A program made the translations under genes and the position numbers. Below are positions 1 to 55,740 of a stretch of 64,000 nucleotides of DNA, one piece after another (position 1 is the first letter of the stretch; the number at the start of each line of letters is the position of its first letter). Where the stretch lies: contig OZ024747.1 of NCBI GenBank assembly GCA_964016885.1, positions 47,678,001 to 47,742,000 on the forward strand, written 5' to 3'. The stretch comes from Eledone cirrhosa. Its lineage: Eukaryota. The notes beneath the pieces are model-generated. The model was not told the origin of the DNA. It worked only from the letters and a program-made list of their open reading frames with translations, and made no database searches.

Positions 1-141
1 GGCTTTGTATGGCAGATGAAGGATTTAGTTGTGGTAGTTTTAATTATTGTCCAGGAAACTCAATGTGTCAAATAACAGGACCTCAACAAAAAGGAATTAA
101 TGTTGAGGCAAATATTGAAGCAGTATGTTCACATTACATAA
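1..141 (+). CDS. Partial internal exon of a PAN/Apple-like domain type I membrane protein (gene begins upstream of window)
   Basis: Reads LCMADEGFSCGSFNYCPGNSMCQITGPQQKGINVEANIEAVCSHYI; the C-x-S-F-x-Y-C-x5-C spacing resembles invertebrate PAN domains; ends at A|GTAAGT donor (142), phase 1, matching the next exon. Confidence 0.7.
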
Positions 142-763
142 GTAAGTATTTATTTGGTATTGTTCAGTTGTTAAAACATGAACATTCCTTAAATCACACT
201 CTCCTTTCACAGAAAATAATATTTAGAGTAATGTCTTTAGGACCTCTGACACTGGAGGGGCCAATACCATTAATGTTCTGCTTTTGCAAGTTCATTTCTT
301 TTGAAAAAGACATAAGCAGGGAGGGAAGTTCCAGGAAATCAATGTTCAAGGCTGGAAGGTCTGGGTGTAGTGATTAGTGTGATGCTTGAGGGTGGAGCTG
401 GGATCCCAAGAGTAATAGGAGAAGAGATGAGTCAGGAGTGCTTAAGTTAAGGTGGCATAGGACCAGAAAGGTATAAGAAGCATTGTAGTGGTGGTAGAAG
501 TGGCAATATAACAAAACAGTTATTTTTCTTGGTATCAGCTCTTTTGAAAATGTGCGTATCTCCCAAGGGTGAGTGGGATACACATACACATATGGTAGTC
601 TTGTGTAGGATTTAGACAACTCCATCTCTATGCACTGCCTGTTACAGGTAACATCATACATTTTGAATATCTTCCTATAATGACATTGGCCGCCATTTTT
701 TTATTACCCATCAAAGTAATTTGTTGATTGGGTATTCCTTTTTTCATGATATGATAGAGGGAA

Positions 764-859
764 GCTCTTGGCTTTGGCACCTTTCTAATTGGATGTTTGT
801 TAGGATTACTAACAATACTCTTTATTCACAAGAAAGCTTCTGCTGAAAAGTATATTTAA
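764..859 (+). other. Partial duplicate of the transmembrane terminal exon (pseudo-exon or alternative last exon)
   Basis: 764-850 is near-identical to 7481-7567; reads ALGFGTFLIGCLLGLLTILFIHKKASAEKYI*. Confidence 0.8.
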
Positions 860-962
860 AATTCAACAGACTGCTTAGGCCTTAGAAGATAAAGAAATAT
901 AAATTAAGTAATTCTAACATGATTAGTTGTGGGGAGGGAAAAAATACCAGAAATTTATATAT

Positions 963-1270
963 ATCATCATCATCATCATCACCATTTTACGTCCGCTTTT
1001 CCCTGCTTGCAAGGATGGGACAGGAACTGATTTTGGCTTGATTTCTACAGCTGGATGCCCTTCCTAACACCAACCTCATTTACAGTGAGTGCTGGGTTCT
1101 TTTTTTCCATGGTACCTACACACCACTTTGCAGTGGAATGATAGGGACCCCCAGTCCCCTATCATTCCACTGCTTCCATCCCATTTCTACAGCTGACTAA
1201 ACAGGAGCAATGTGAAATAAAGTGTCTTGTTCAAGGAGGCCAATACTCTAACCACTAAGCCATGTGCCTC
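963..1270 (-). mobile_element. tRNA-derived CORE-like SINE with RTE-type tail, internally deleted
   Basis: Reverse complement of the 34955-35280 family; (CAT)n tail at the left end, (TA)n at the right. Confidence 0.75.
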
Positions 1271-1584
1271 CATATATATATATATATATATATATATTTG
1301 TATATATATATATATATATATATTTGTATATATATTCTTAACTGTTGGTCAATCAATGATAAATATTGAGTGCCAGCTAAATTAACTATAGGGATATAAA
1401 ATATACAGAAGCGAAAACCAACCCATACCAATCAGTGAGTGTGTTTTATTATGTATTTCTGGCAATATTATAACAATATGACCCTCCCCAAATATAACAA
1501 TATATATCTATATCAATATATATATATATATATAAAGAATGAATAATAACAGGTAGACATCATAAAAAGGTAATTTATTCCGTG

Positions 1585-1693
1585 TGCTTACAAATGTTTC
1601 CTCGGGTGTTGTACAGCCTAGTTGTATGTGCAAATTTATAACTATTTGCAAAACTCAAATATCAAATGTTGTTACCACTGTTTCCTCAGAGCA
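1585..1693 (-). ncRNA. Type I hammerhead ribozyme motif in the inverted pLTR copy
   Basis: Reverse complement reads tgct-CTGAGGA-long helix II region-GAAAC-attt-GTA-agca. Confidence 0.6.
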
Positions 1694-1800
1694 GAATGGT
1701 TAAAATGTAAAATGTAAATACCCTTAAGGCAAGTTATTGGGGAAGATAGAAAACAAGTGAAACTACGCTAGCAAACATTAACAACGAAGCATACAAGGTA

Positions 1801-2586
1801 GTGAAGAATCTCAAGATAGACGATAGAACCGAGCCGATTATACTCGCAACCCCCACCTTTAACCTGAAGGACCATAAGGTAAATTTTTGCTCTAACCCTA
1901 AGATTAGACTTATATGCCCTTCTAAATCGGACATAGGAAAAATTAGCAAACATATACTTGACAGAGTAATAACTCAATTGAAAAAGAAAATAGAAATTAA
2001 ATTATGGGGCAACACTGGCAAAGCAATTCGCTGGTTAAATAACGTTAAGAACAAGAATAAGTCTAAGTTTATACAATTTGACATAGACGAATACTACTCT
2101 TCAATCTCACCCGGCATTTTACGTAAGGCCCTATCGTTTGCCAAAGTCAATTCCGACCTAACAGAGGATGAAATTAATATTATTCTAGAGGCTAGGAAAA
2201 CTATTATCAAGTTTGATAACTGCTACTGAGAACGTAAGGACAGACCCACAAACTTCGACATTACCATGGGTTCCAACGACTCAGCGGAGGTCACCGATCT
2301 TGTGGGAATTTACATAACCCACATACTACATGGAAAATTTAGTAATCTACAGGGGGGAATATATAGAGATGACACGCTTTTATTAGTTAATAACTTAAAT
2401 AACCAAAATCTTGAAAGGCTACGGAAAAACATTAGAAAATCATTTAGTGAACTGGGTCTAAAAATAACGTACGAATACAATCTTAAAGTAGTAAATTTTC
2501 TAGACGTAACTCTTAATTTAAATACCGGACTGATACGACCCTTCCACAAACCACCCACTTTCCATGATCAAATCGGTTCCCCATAG
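1801..2586 (+). pseudogene. Penelope-like reverse transcriptase, disrupted
   Basis: ORFs 1801-2229 and 2266-2586 are in the same frame, split by a TGA; frameshifts follow. Confidence 0.85.
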
Positions 2587-3203
2587 TATTTCTCTTAGAA
2601 TCTCTTGCCTATCGTCTAACTGAGATTTTCAGTGAACATGCTGAATACTATAATAATGCATTAAGGAATGCCGACCACCGGGATACAATAGAATACATTG
2701 ATAAGAATCTCCATAACACACATAGCTCTACACGAAATCAAAGAATACGTAACCGGGGTACAGAAATACAAGCGCACACACACAGTACCACCAGACATAC
2801 TAATAATAGAAAATCATCACCAAATAAATCACGTTGTAGAAAGTATATCTGGTATAATCCCATTTTTAATGCTTCGATTAGTACAAAACTATCTCTTTTA
2901 TTCTTTAAGTTAATCAACAAGCATTTCCCTAGTTCCCATAAATACAGTAAAATTCTGACCTCTAAGACTATTAAGCTATCATACTCCACGGCACCAAACC
3001 TTGAAGCATACATAAAAAAAACTTAACTTAAAGCAATTAAACAACACTACAAAACAAAATATCTTAATAACAGATGAGCATAACGTAGTATCGGCTTCCC
3101 AACCACTAAATGGGAGACGGGTATTACACAACCCACCTGTACTGTTATCCTAACCTACACCCACAATAAAAACTGTAACTGCCACCTACCTGAAAGATGT
3201 CCA

Positions 3204-3599
3204 TTGAAGAATAAATGCCTAAAGTCCAACATTGTTTATCAATGCACTGTTGAATTGAACGACCAGAAATGGTATTACATCGGGTCTACCACTACCTCCT
3301 TTAAATCTCGCTGGTATCGTCATCAATTCTCAATTAAACATCCTAATCACCGTTTTGTGACCACACTCGCCAATAAGACCTGGAAACTCCGTGAACGCAA
3401 CCAACAGTTCACCTTGAAATGGGATATACTTTCCAGCGCTAGTGCATATCGGAGTGGATTGAAGTACTGCAGGTTATGTAACCTTGAACTCTTTTACATC
3501 TTAAAATCAAAAAATAAATTACTAAATGACAGAATCGAACAATCATTATACTGCAACCACAAACTGAAGGCTAAATTCTCTCACTATAAAATAACTTAA
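3204..3599 (+). pseudogene. GIY-YIG endonuclease domain of the Penelope-like element
   Basis: NIVYQC...YYIGSTTTSFKSRWYRH...CRLCNLE...LLNDR. Confidence 0.85.
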
Positions 3600-4093
3600 C
3601 ATTCGAACCCGTAACTATAACATTGCTTTCTCGCTAACTACTTTCTCTCAATAACAACTTCTTAACTATATCCCCCACACTACAAGACAACCCTGCTTAT
3701 CACTATAAATGGATACTTAAGTGCAATTTGTAGCCTACAACTATGAACTCAATGTGCACCCATAGCTTTCGTCTGTCCCCTCTCTATCTCTATTTCTTCC
3801 TCTCTCTCCCTCGGTCCACCTCCCTCCCTCTCCACATCTATGAACCTGCCCTCTGTGGCAATAAATAATTCCAACCTTAACTATCAATGCATCGCTTAAG
3901 GTTGTCGCTTTGAGAGTAACCAGTATAATAAAACCCCTACCTCAACATTTTGATTAAGATATCTGTATTCTACAAACCACTTTCTCCCATTTCTCCAACC
4001 CCTGCATATCTCTCTCTCCCCTTCTTTCTCTCTTCCTTTTCTACTCTATCTTCCCAATAACTTCCCTTAAGGGTATTTACATTTTAACCATTC

Positions 4094-4205
4094 TGCTCTG
4101 AGGAAAAAATGGTAACAGCATTTTATAATTGAGTTTTGCAAATAGTTATAGATTTGCACATAGCATAACTAGGCTGTATAACCACCGTGGAAACATTTGT
4201 AAGCA
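4094..4205 (+). ncRNA. Type I hammerhead ribozyme motif with extended helix II in pLTR
   Basis: tgct CTGAGGA(4098-4104) ... GAAAC attt GTA agca; stem I tgct/agca; hammerheads are a known feature of Penelope pLTRs. Confidence 0.7.
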
Positions 4206-4644
4206 CACGGAATAAATTACCTTTTTATGATGTCTACCTATTATTATTCATTCTTTATCTACACTTCGGAATACAGAAGGATCAGGAACTGAATTTCTTC
4301 AACTATTCTTCCATAACTCGTTGAGTAACCCCTCACCATACGTCAACTCTATCCAGTGTAGTAATTAACCATTACTGCATCCAGGATAATCCTATACCTA
4401 ATATATATATATATATATTTTTTTTTTTAGACGATCGACTTTTTTGTCAAATCGGACCGAGGGAACAATGTTTCCGTTGGTCTTTCCAATTGCTAATACT
4501 ATCTATCGGTTGCAACTCCAGGTAGAAGGAGCAACGTGAAATAAAGTGTCTTGCTCAAGGACATAACGCATCGCCTGGTCCAGGAATCGAACTCACAACC
4601 TTACGATTGCGAATACAATTCTCTAACCACTCAGCCACACGCCT

Positions 4645-4706
<62 letters not shown>

Positions 4707-5384
4707 TATGAAACGAAAGGAGCTGTGTGGTTACTAAAAACAAGGTTTAGGATGGTGGTTAGGATGGAACAGGAGGAGAAAGGAAGAAAGGAGTTTCCAT
4801 CGTCAGCTGTAAATGTTTCCCGAACCGATGTTTCAACGCTGAATTACAGGACATCGGTGTAGTTCGGGTACGTCCGAGGCCTTTTATTAATCAAAAGGCC
4901 AGGTGGAAAAGGAGAGAGAAAGAGAGAAAAAAAGGGGGAGAAAATGAAAGAGAGGGAAAGGAGGAAGAACAGGGGGGAAAAAGACGAGAAAAGAGGAAGA
5001 GGGGAAAAATAGGAAAGCAATAAAAGAAAAAAGTGTGCAGATCCCATCATGGGAAGACACAGGTGAATGAAACATGCAAAATAGTAACCGTGGAAAAATA
5101 GGGAAAGTAAGTTGTGGCCAGCCTGGGAGACTTTAGCCTGGTGGTCAGCTACGACTCAGAGCTGGTATGATCATGCTGCCTCTCGCATAGACAGGAGAAA
5201 GTGAGAGAGAGACACGGGCAACCAAAAGTGAGAAGGGAAAGGGAGATAATCCAGAAGGGTTTTTTTACGACGGTGGTAAAAACGTGCCGCAAAGATTGTG
5301 GACAGAGGGGCCACCACGGCACGTGTAAACATGTCAACAATCAAAACCGAACGGATGGATAGAGAGAGAGGGAGAGAGAAAAAT

Positions 5385-6090
5385 ATATATATAAAAATTA
5401 GAAACATAGTATATAGCATAAGATGTACTGAAGGACTATGTAAAGATAAGAATATAGTGTACATAGGTGAGACAGCTCGTAGTATAGGAGAACGATTAAA
5501 TGAACACTGGCGAGAGCTTCAAGATAGAAAAGAATCATCAATACTCCACCAACATGCTAAAATAGAACATAAGGGCAAATTAGAGAACATAGAAATAAAA
5601 ATAAAATCTACACACAGAAAAGACGCAATGTTTAGACATAAATGAACTCCAACCAAAATTAAATAGAAAACATGAATGGAATAGCAACATCACAACTTAC
5701 AATTAAGGACAAAATGAAAACACACACACATAGAACAAACAAACAACCAACCAGTAACATGTAAATAAACAAAATAAACAAATAAAAACACACAGACACC
5801 CGGATGTAACACATGCGCAAACTAAGCACACAACACACACAAAAACAAGATGGCGTAGGACAGAACAAAGGAGAGGCACAAAACAAAGAAAAGAATCCCC
5901 AGTCACTGAAGAGGTCACAGAATGTATGACGAAAGAACTTTGACAATATATGAACAACCGTCCAGTTGTGGAACCAACCAACCAACCGGAAATTTATAAA
6001 TTTAATTTATAATAAATTGAAGTGAAAGCAACTGGTGCGTGTGTTTCTTTTTGGCAACATGACCCTCCCAAAGTATAACAATAATATCTA
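5385..6090 (+). mobile_element. 3' fragment of a second Penelope-like family (GIY-YIG + pLTR)
   Basis: NIVYSIRC...VYIGETARSIGERLNEH GIY-YIG motif; downstream sequence recurs at about 1420-1500, 25670-26125 and 44418-44770. Confidence 0.8.
5902..5944 (+). ncRNA. Minimal hammerhead ribozyme motif
   Basis: gtca CTGAAGA ggtcacagaatgtatgac GAAA gaac TT tgac; stem I gtca/tgac, vestigial stem III. Confidence 0.65.
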
Positions 6091-6131
6091 TATATATCGA
6101 TAAAATCAATGGCATATAGTATGATATATGT

Positions 6132-6311
6132 CAGGCATGTGAAACTGAGGGTTTCCCCGAGGGCAACATGGGTCACATATGTGTTATCTGAGGGCCACAT
6201 ACAACTAATTTTTTTAATTTTATATTACAAAGATAAAACATGCTCATGCTGTAAAAACCTTTGTGTGGGCTGCAGGTATGCTTGTAAAGGGCTGCATGTT
6301 TCACATGCCTG
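6132..6311. mobile_element. hAT-type MITE
   Basis: Perfect 14-bp TIR CAGGCATGTGAAAC / GTTTCACATGCCTG; 8-bp near-TSD atatatgt / acatatgt. Confidence 0.8.
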
Positions 6312-6759
6312 ACATATGTAATGGAATATATTAGAATGAAACTACAATGTATGATCTCATGCTGTTTATTTTATAGAGAACATTTACAACAATAAAGTAA
6401 AGTATACAATATATATATATATATACACACACACAAAGTGGTCGTGGAGCTGCCATGGCAAAAAAGCACCCAGCCCACACTGTAAAGTGGACGTGCAGGC
6501 ACCACAGAAAAAAAGCTCCCATCACGCACTGTAAATGAGGTTAGTGTTAGGAAGGGCATCCAGCTGTAAAAATCAAGCCAGAATCAGTTCCCGTATGGGC
6601 AAGACAAGGTCAGCCGACCGGGCACTGCCCACAACAGGACAACCCGTCTAGCCCATGCTAGCGTGGAAGAACGGATGTAAAACGGTGATGATGATGACAC
6701 AAATTAAAGCATGAATATTTTATATTGACATTTCGAAATTTCTTTTTATCTATTTAAAG

Positions 6760-6819
6760 GGCTTGATCCAGCCCCACCTGTAGTGCCAAAGACTAGCACC
6801 GTTAAAAGTGGAAACAAAG
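6760..6819 (+). CDS. Penultimate exon (Pro/Thr stalk) of the PAN-like membrane protein
   Basis: Pyrimidine tract and AAG| acceptor, phase 1-1, (R)LDPAPPVVPKTSTVKSGNK, G|GTACTG donor; keeps frame between neighbouring exons. Confidence 0.65.
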
Positions 6820-6873
6820 GTACTGTTTATTTTCCTAAATCTATATATCTAAACTATCATTATTATACCACTA

Positions 6874-7060
6874 AGGCGGTGGATTGGCAGTATCGGTAGA
6901 GGTTCGGACGCTATGCTTTGAAGCATAGAATTACCTCCCTGTATGATCTGAGTTCAAATCCTGCCGAGGTTAACTTTGCCTTTCATCCTTACGGGGTCGA
7001 TAAAATAAAGTACCAGTAATCCACTGGGTAATTACTGGCCTTGTGCCAAAAGTAGCAACA
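6874..7060 (+). mobile_element. tRNA-derived SINE family 1 (further copies about 7180-7305, 9780-9925, 12890-13082, 24105-24275, 30038-30225, 53275-53480, 56118-56303, 56430-56594)
   Basis: A-box-like TGGCAGTATCGG, B-box-like GAGTTCAAATC, shared body ctttgcctttcatccttacggggtcgataaaataaagtaccagt; TSD attattatacca. Confidence 0.85.
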
Positions 7061-7469
7061 ATTATTATACCATTAATACTCCAACTTATTCAAAGATATC
7101 TCTATCTAAATTGTGTATTTGTCTTTGTATATTTTTTTCTTTGTATTTACTTTATTTTGTCAATTATCTACTATTATTCTAGATTGGCAGTATCAGTAGA
7201 GTGTCAGACACTATGCTTTGCAGCATAGAGTTATGGCTCTTTGCGTTCTGAGTTCAAATCCTGCAAGGTTAACTTTGCCTTATGCTAAAAGTAGAAACAA
7301 TTATTATTATTAATATTTTGCCTTATAGATGTTTTGTGGCATTTGTTCGGATTCTTTAAATTCTGAGTTCAAATCCTGCCAAAGTTTAATGACTTCCCCC
7401 TCCCCCAATATTGTTGCCCTTGTGCTAAATCACAAACCATTATCATTTTTGTTTTTTTAATATTTACAG

Positions 7470-7612
7470 GTAAACTTATTGCTCTTGGCTTTGGCACCTT
7501 TCTAATTGGATGTCTATTAGGATTACTAACAATACTCTTTATTCACAAGAAAGCATCTGCTCAAAAAGATGATCCTATGACAGTAAATTTTTATAAAATG
7601 GATGAACAATAA
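7470..7612 (+). CDS. Terminal exon: transmembrane helix and short cytoplasmic tail
   Basis: tttacag| acceptor, phase 1; (G)KLIALGFGTFLIGCLLGLLTILFIHKKASAQKDDPMTVNFYKMDEQ*; AATAAA at 7650 and 7913. Confidence 0.8.
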
Positions 7613-8152
7613 TTTCTAAATCTAAATCAAAATCTTAAGCTTGTTATATAATAAATATTTTTATAAAGATTTGTCATATTTATGATTGTTTCTTTATCTC
7701 AAGTATATATTGCATTTGCTTCACAGTAAAATTATGAAACCTCGACAAAGCTATCAGATAGAAACACACACAAGTTTTAATGACATTTTCCATCATGTGG
7801 TCCTTGTTTTACAGATCGATGACTTAATAGTTGCCTCTTACAACATGGAGGGATACAGTGAACCTATTCTAAACCAGATACACACAGCATAATGATTATT
7901 CTATAAATTAATAATAAATAAAAATATATGCATATTAGAAAACACAAGAGAGCTGTAGATATTTAGACATTCTTAAGATTGCAGCAATCAACTTCCACTT
8001 TTCGTGACTGCAGTCACTTGTCTGATCTAGTGCAATGGGTACACACCAATGGGTTTCACATATTTCTCTTTGATCATATTTCTCTCTGGTCATAGCAATG
8101 TGTTCACATGGCTACCTGCAACCCACACATATATATATTTTCAAGTAGTAGT

Positions 8153-8372
8153 TTAACCCTTTAGCATTTTAACTGGCCATATTCAGCGAGAATTCTCTCA
8201 CCACTTTCTGTTCAAACTGGCTGTAACTGACTGCTCATACGTATGTTAAGGGATTGTTCTCAAAATAAATAATATAAAAATCTCATTTTATGTGCGATAA
8301 TTATGTGAGATAAAGTGTTTACCACAGAAATACAATAGTAAATATAGAGTAATGTAAATGCTAAAGGATTAA
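8153..8372. mobile_element. piggyBac-type MITE (copies 22449-22677, 48728-48937)
   Basis: TTAA-flanked, TIR CCCTTTAGCATTT / AAATGCTAAAGG; three similar copies in the window. Confidence 0.8.
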
Positions 8373-9012
8373 AGTAGTCCTTGTTTAATGTTGGTATGTT
8401 TTTAACAAAAACCTGTGATGATTACGATGCAGGAGAAGACCTGATCACCTGTATAAATACCCAGTATACTTTACTAAGTAGTTGGTGATTAAACAAAGAC
8501 AACATAGAGTAGTGAAAACATTTTAGTCTTGTAAAGGACATCACAACTTCTTTTGTGTTGGTGCCACAATATAAATTATACAGTAAACTCTATAAAGTGA
8601 GTGATGTTAGGAAGGAAATCCAGCTACAGAAACCATGCCAAAATGTACTGTACAAGCAAGATGAGGCCCTCTGACTCATCTACAAAGCAGTAACTCCGAA
8701 TAAGAACTAACTGGGACTGTAATTACTTGCTCCAACCATGCCAACATGGAAAACAGATGTCTGATGATGACCGTGGTGGTGGTGGTGGTAATGATGATGG
8801 TCATGGTGATGACGATGATGATGAACCAGAGCTCAAAATAAAATAGTATTGATTTTTAAATATATGACGTATGGTATTTCTGAAGAGCTTAAAACAATAA
8901 TTGGTTAATAATCAGTAACCTTTTACTACAAAATCAGACCAAAAATACAAGAAAAAAATAAGAAATTGAAAGATATTTAAGTAATCGTTTTTTTATTTGC
9001 TTTACATTTTAT

Positions 9013-52975
<43,963 letters not shown>

Positions 52976-53168
52976 GTTTTCCATTTTTACTAACTTCGAT
53001 GGGAAAGATGTCCTCAAACTGAACTGATTAATGGTTATAATTATTCCTTCCCTAGAACCGAAGTGTATTTATTATTAATGTATAATTGATGCTTGTTTAG
53101 TTTTTAAAATCTAGAGTGCAATTTGGATAGAGAGGCTGCAATTGTATTACAGCTCTCAAGCTGTGTTT

Positions 53169-53255
53169 GCAGTAATAATAACAATAACAATATCACTGAA
53201 CACCGCAGCTCCCGGTGAACTACCGGTTTGATTCCCGGTTATTGCTAATTTGCAT
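53169..53255 (+). promoter_or_regulatory. CpG-containing tRNA-like double stem-loop with B-box-like motif and octamer, in the presumptive GTF3C3 promoter
   Basis: caccg/cggtg stem with 7-nt loop, accgg/ccggt stem around GGTTTGATTCC (53225-53235), ATTTGCAT at 53248-53255. Confidence 0.35.
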
Positions 53256-53813
53256 CACACCGTTAATAATAATAATTGTTTCTACATTTGGCACAAGGCC
53301 AGCAAGTATACAGTACATTACTGGTACTTTATTTTATCGACCCCGTAAGGATGAAAGGCAAAGTTAACCTCGGCAGGATTTGAACTACTATAGGCACAAG
53401 GCCAGCAATTTGGGGGGAGAGGAATTTATCGATCCTGCAAGGATGAAAGACAAAGCTAACCTCGCCAGGATATGAACTCAGATAATAATAGATAAAAATA
53501 CCGAATCGTCTCAAGTTCCTGTTTATTCTCCGACATAAATCTGAGGGTTTGTTTTCTGCTTGAAAATTAGTGTTTATTTGAAATAGGGTCTCGTAGAAGA
53601 ATCACAGTACTCATTTCTCAAAAGAAGCGTATAAAGGATTTTGGTAACTTTATGAATGATGTGTGAAAGGCCGAAGCTCATTACTGCTATTTTGTGGATG
53701 TTTATAATTCGCAAAAATAACGAATGGTTTCTAATTTAAGCACAAGGCCAGCAATTTATGTGTGAGCAGAAGTCGATTATATCGACCTCACTACTTCACT
53801 GGTACTTTATTTT

Positions 53814-54378
53814 AAATTTACAGTAGAATAACATAACAAATATGTTTAAATATATACATAAATAACATAACAAATGCTTTGACAACATTATAACTAGCTC
53901 GCCATTCATTCAGAAAGATATATTCTTTTAATGTTACAATATTAAAGAAAATGTAAAGGAAGGGATGAACAACGGAGCCAACACCAGAGCAAAAGACAGC
54001 AACGTCGTGACTAATGATTTTTTAGGCAAGCCAGCACACTGGCAGCGTTGCCTCGGGTGATGGCGAGGCTGATGCGCTGAAACAGCCAAGCGCCCTCGAG
54101 AGATTCGCCAGTTACCTCTATTAGGCGAGCCGCCAGTGAAGAGAGGAACCTCACTCCCCCAAACGTCTCGAAAGCCGCAGGCTGAAAATGCAGCTGGCCG
54201 ACAGATCAGAGTATTTGAGGGTCTTACTCCCCTCGGTTGCGGAAGCTGTGGCTCTCGTCCTAACCGCAGCATCCAGGATGTGGGAAAGAGCAAAAAAGTC
54301 ACTAACAGTGATGTCCCAGACAAGGTACCTGCCTCTCGACCAGGGACACAGGGTAAGGCCATCAGGTCTTTTGCCGTC
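53814..54378 (-). mobile_element. Third CRE-type 3' fragment
   Basis: DGKRPDGLTLCPWSRGRYLVWDITVSD, PD-(D/E)xK-type motif. Confidence 0.85.
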
Positions 54379-54929
54379 ACTTTATTTTATCGATCCCAGA
54401 AGGATGAAAGGCAAAGTTAACCTCCACAGGATAATGTTAATATTTATTTTTACTGTATGTTTTACGGGAGGAATAAGTAAAATTAATTTTCTTCGCCAAA
54501 CTTTAACAACACTGGATTGTATATATATCATCATCGTCGTTTTAACGTCCGCTTTTCATGCTAGCAAGGGTTGGACGAGTCTACATAGACCAATTAAGTG
54601 CTGAAACGGGGCTACTGACCTTCCAGGCAAGCCAGGAATCTGTCGTCTATAATAATGTCGACAATAATAATATACGTGTGGGATCCAGAAACCTTTGGTA
54701 ATGGAGTAGTTATATTTTGTGTTGTTCACTTTCTAATTAAATAGCTCTGTTCTATACATAGAGCACTCTTTTGTCCTTCGGAATTACCTAACATATATAT
54801 ATATATCATCATCATCATCCTTTTACGTCTGCTTTTCCCTGCTTGCAAGGGTGGGATGGGTCCTATTCAGCACACCATCTCTCCACTTGTCACAGTCCTT
54901 CGTCATCTCCTCCGTGAGTTTCAGCGATC

Positions 54930-55740
54930 ATGGAAGGCTTGGAAAAATGGTGGGAGTAGAGACTGATACTCAGCCACTAAAAGAGAAGCTAGACGTCAGG
55001 TGTACTTAGCATGCAGGGAAGCTGAGAGCAGGAGGTTTGCCAATGTTCTGCATCGAGAAGATCAGAGGCGTGCGGTGTTCCACATTGCAAGGCAGTGTGT
55101 CAGTGTAAATCAAGATGTTGTTGGAGATAAGTGTGACTGAAATGATGTGGGTGTACTTAGTGTCACTGGTGCTCAGAAAACGAAGGCCTGGAAATGTCAT
55201 TATGAGAGACTGATGAATGTTGAGAATGAATGGGAGAGAGAGAAACTAACCCCTGGTAGACCCAACAGAGGGACCAGCTTTTGAGATTGACAACTACAGT
55301 GTCCAAGAGACACTTAACGAAATGAAAAGTGGTAAGGTTGCTGGGCCGTTGGGGATAGTTGCTGAGATGCTGAAGGCATAAGTAGAAACTAAATTGGTTG
55401 CACGCATCGTCAACCAAGCTATATATGGTGGTGTCATACCCAAAGACTGGTGCAGCAGTAGTATCCTTATAAATCGCTGCAAAGGTAAAGGGGATGCTCT
55501 GGAGAGGAGCAATTATATGGGCATAAAACTGATAGATTAGGTTATGAACGTGGCAGAAAGAATACTAGCACAGCTAATTAGAGAAAGGGTCAAATTAGGT
55601 GAGATGCAGTTCGGTTTTATGCCTGGGAAAAGTACAACAGATGCCCTCTTCTTAGTAAGACAACTGCAAGAGAGGTTCTTAGAGAAAAATAAGCCACTAT
55701 ACTTAGCTGTTGTTGACATAGAGAAGGCCTTTGATAGAGA
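54930..55740 (+). mobile_element. RTE LINE linker/RT fragment, decayed
   Basis: KGKGDALERSNY, QFGFMPGKSTTDALF, DIEKAFDR. Confidence 0.88.

Larger units (their letters stand above)
1533..4400 (+). mobile_element. Penelope-like retroelement (RT + C-terminal GIY-YIG, possibly Nematis-like), decayed, with inverted 5' pLTR copy
   Basis: RT motifs FIQFDIDEYY, FDITMGSNDSAE, GIYRDD, VNFLDVTLNL; CNC/CP/C linker then IVY..YIG..FKSRW GIY-YIG; 1533-1750 is the reverse complement of about 4045-4258; flanked by (TA)n. Confidence 0.9.

Noticed and set aside
2227-2229. In-frame TGA in the Penelope RT as selenocysteine (as in some Naiad elements)
   Set aside because: Position fits a Trp (TGG>TGA), the element has other frameshifts, and its endonuclease is C-terminal, unlike Naiads.
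4790-4880. Hairpin with GAAAC and CTGACGA on the minus strand as a hammerhead
   Set aside because: Core boxes are in the wrong order or lack closing stems; the surrounding 4702-5370 insert remains unclassified.
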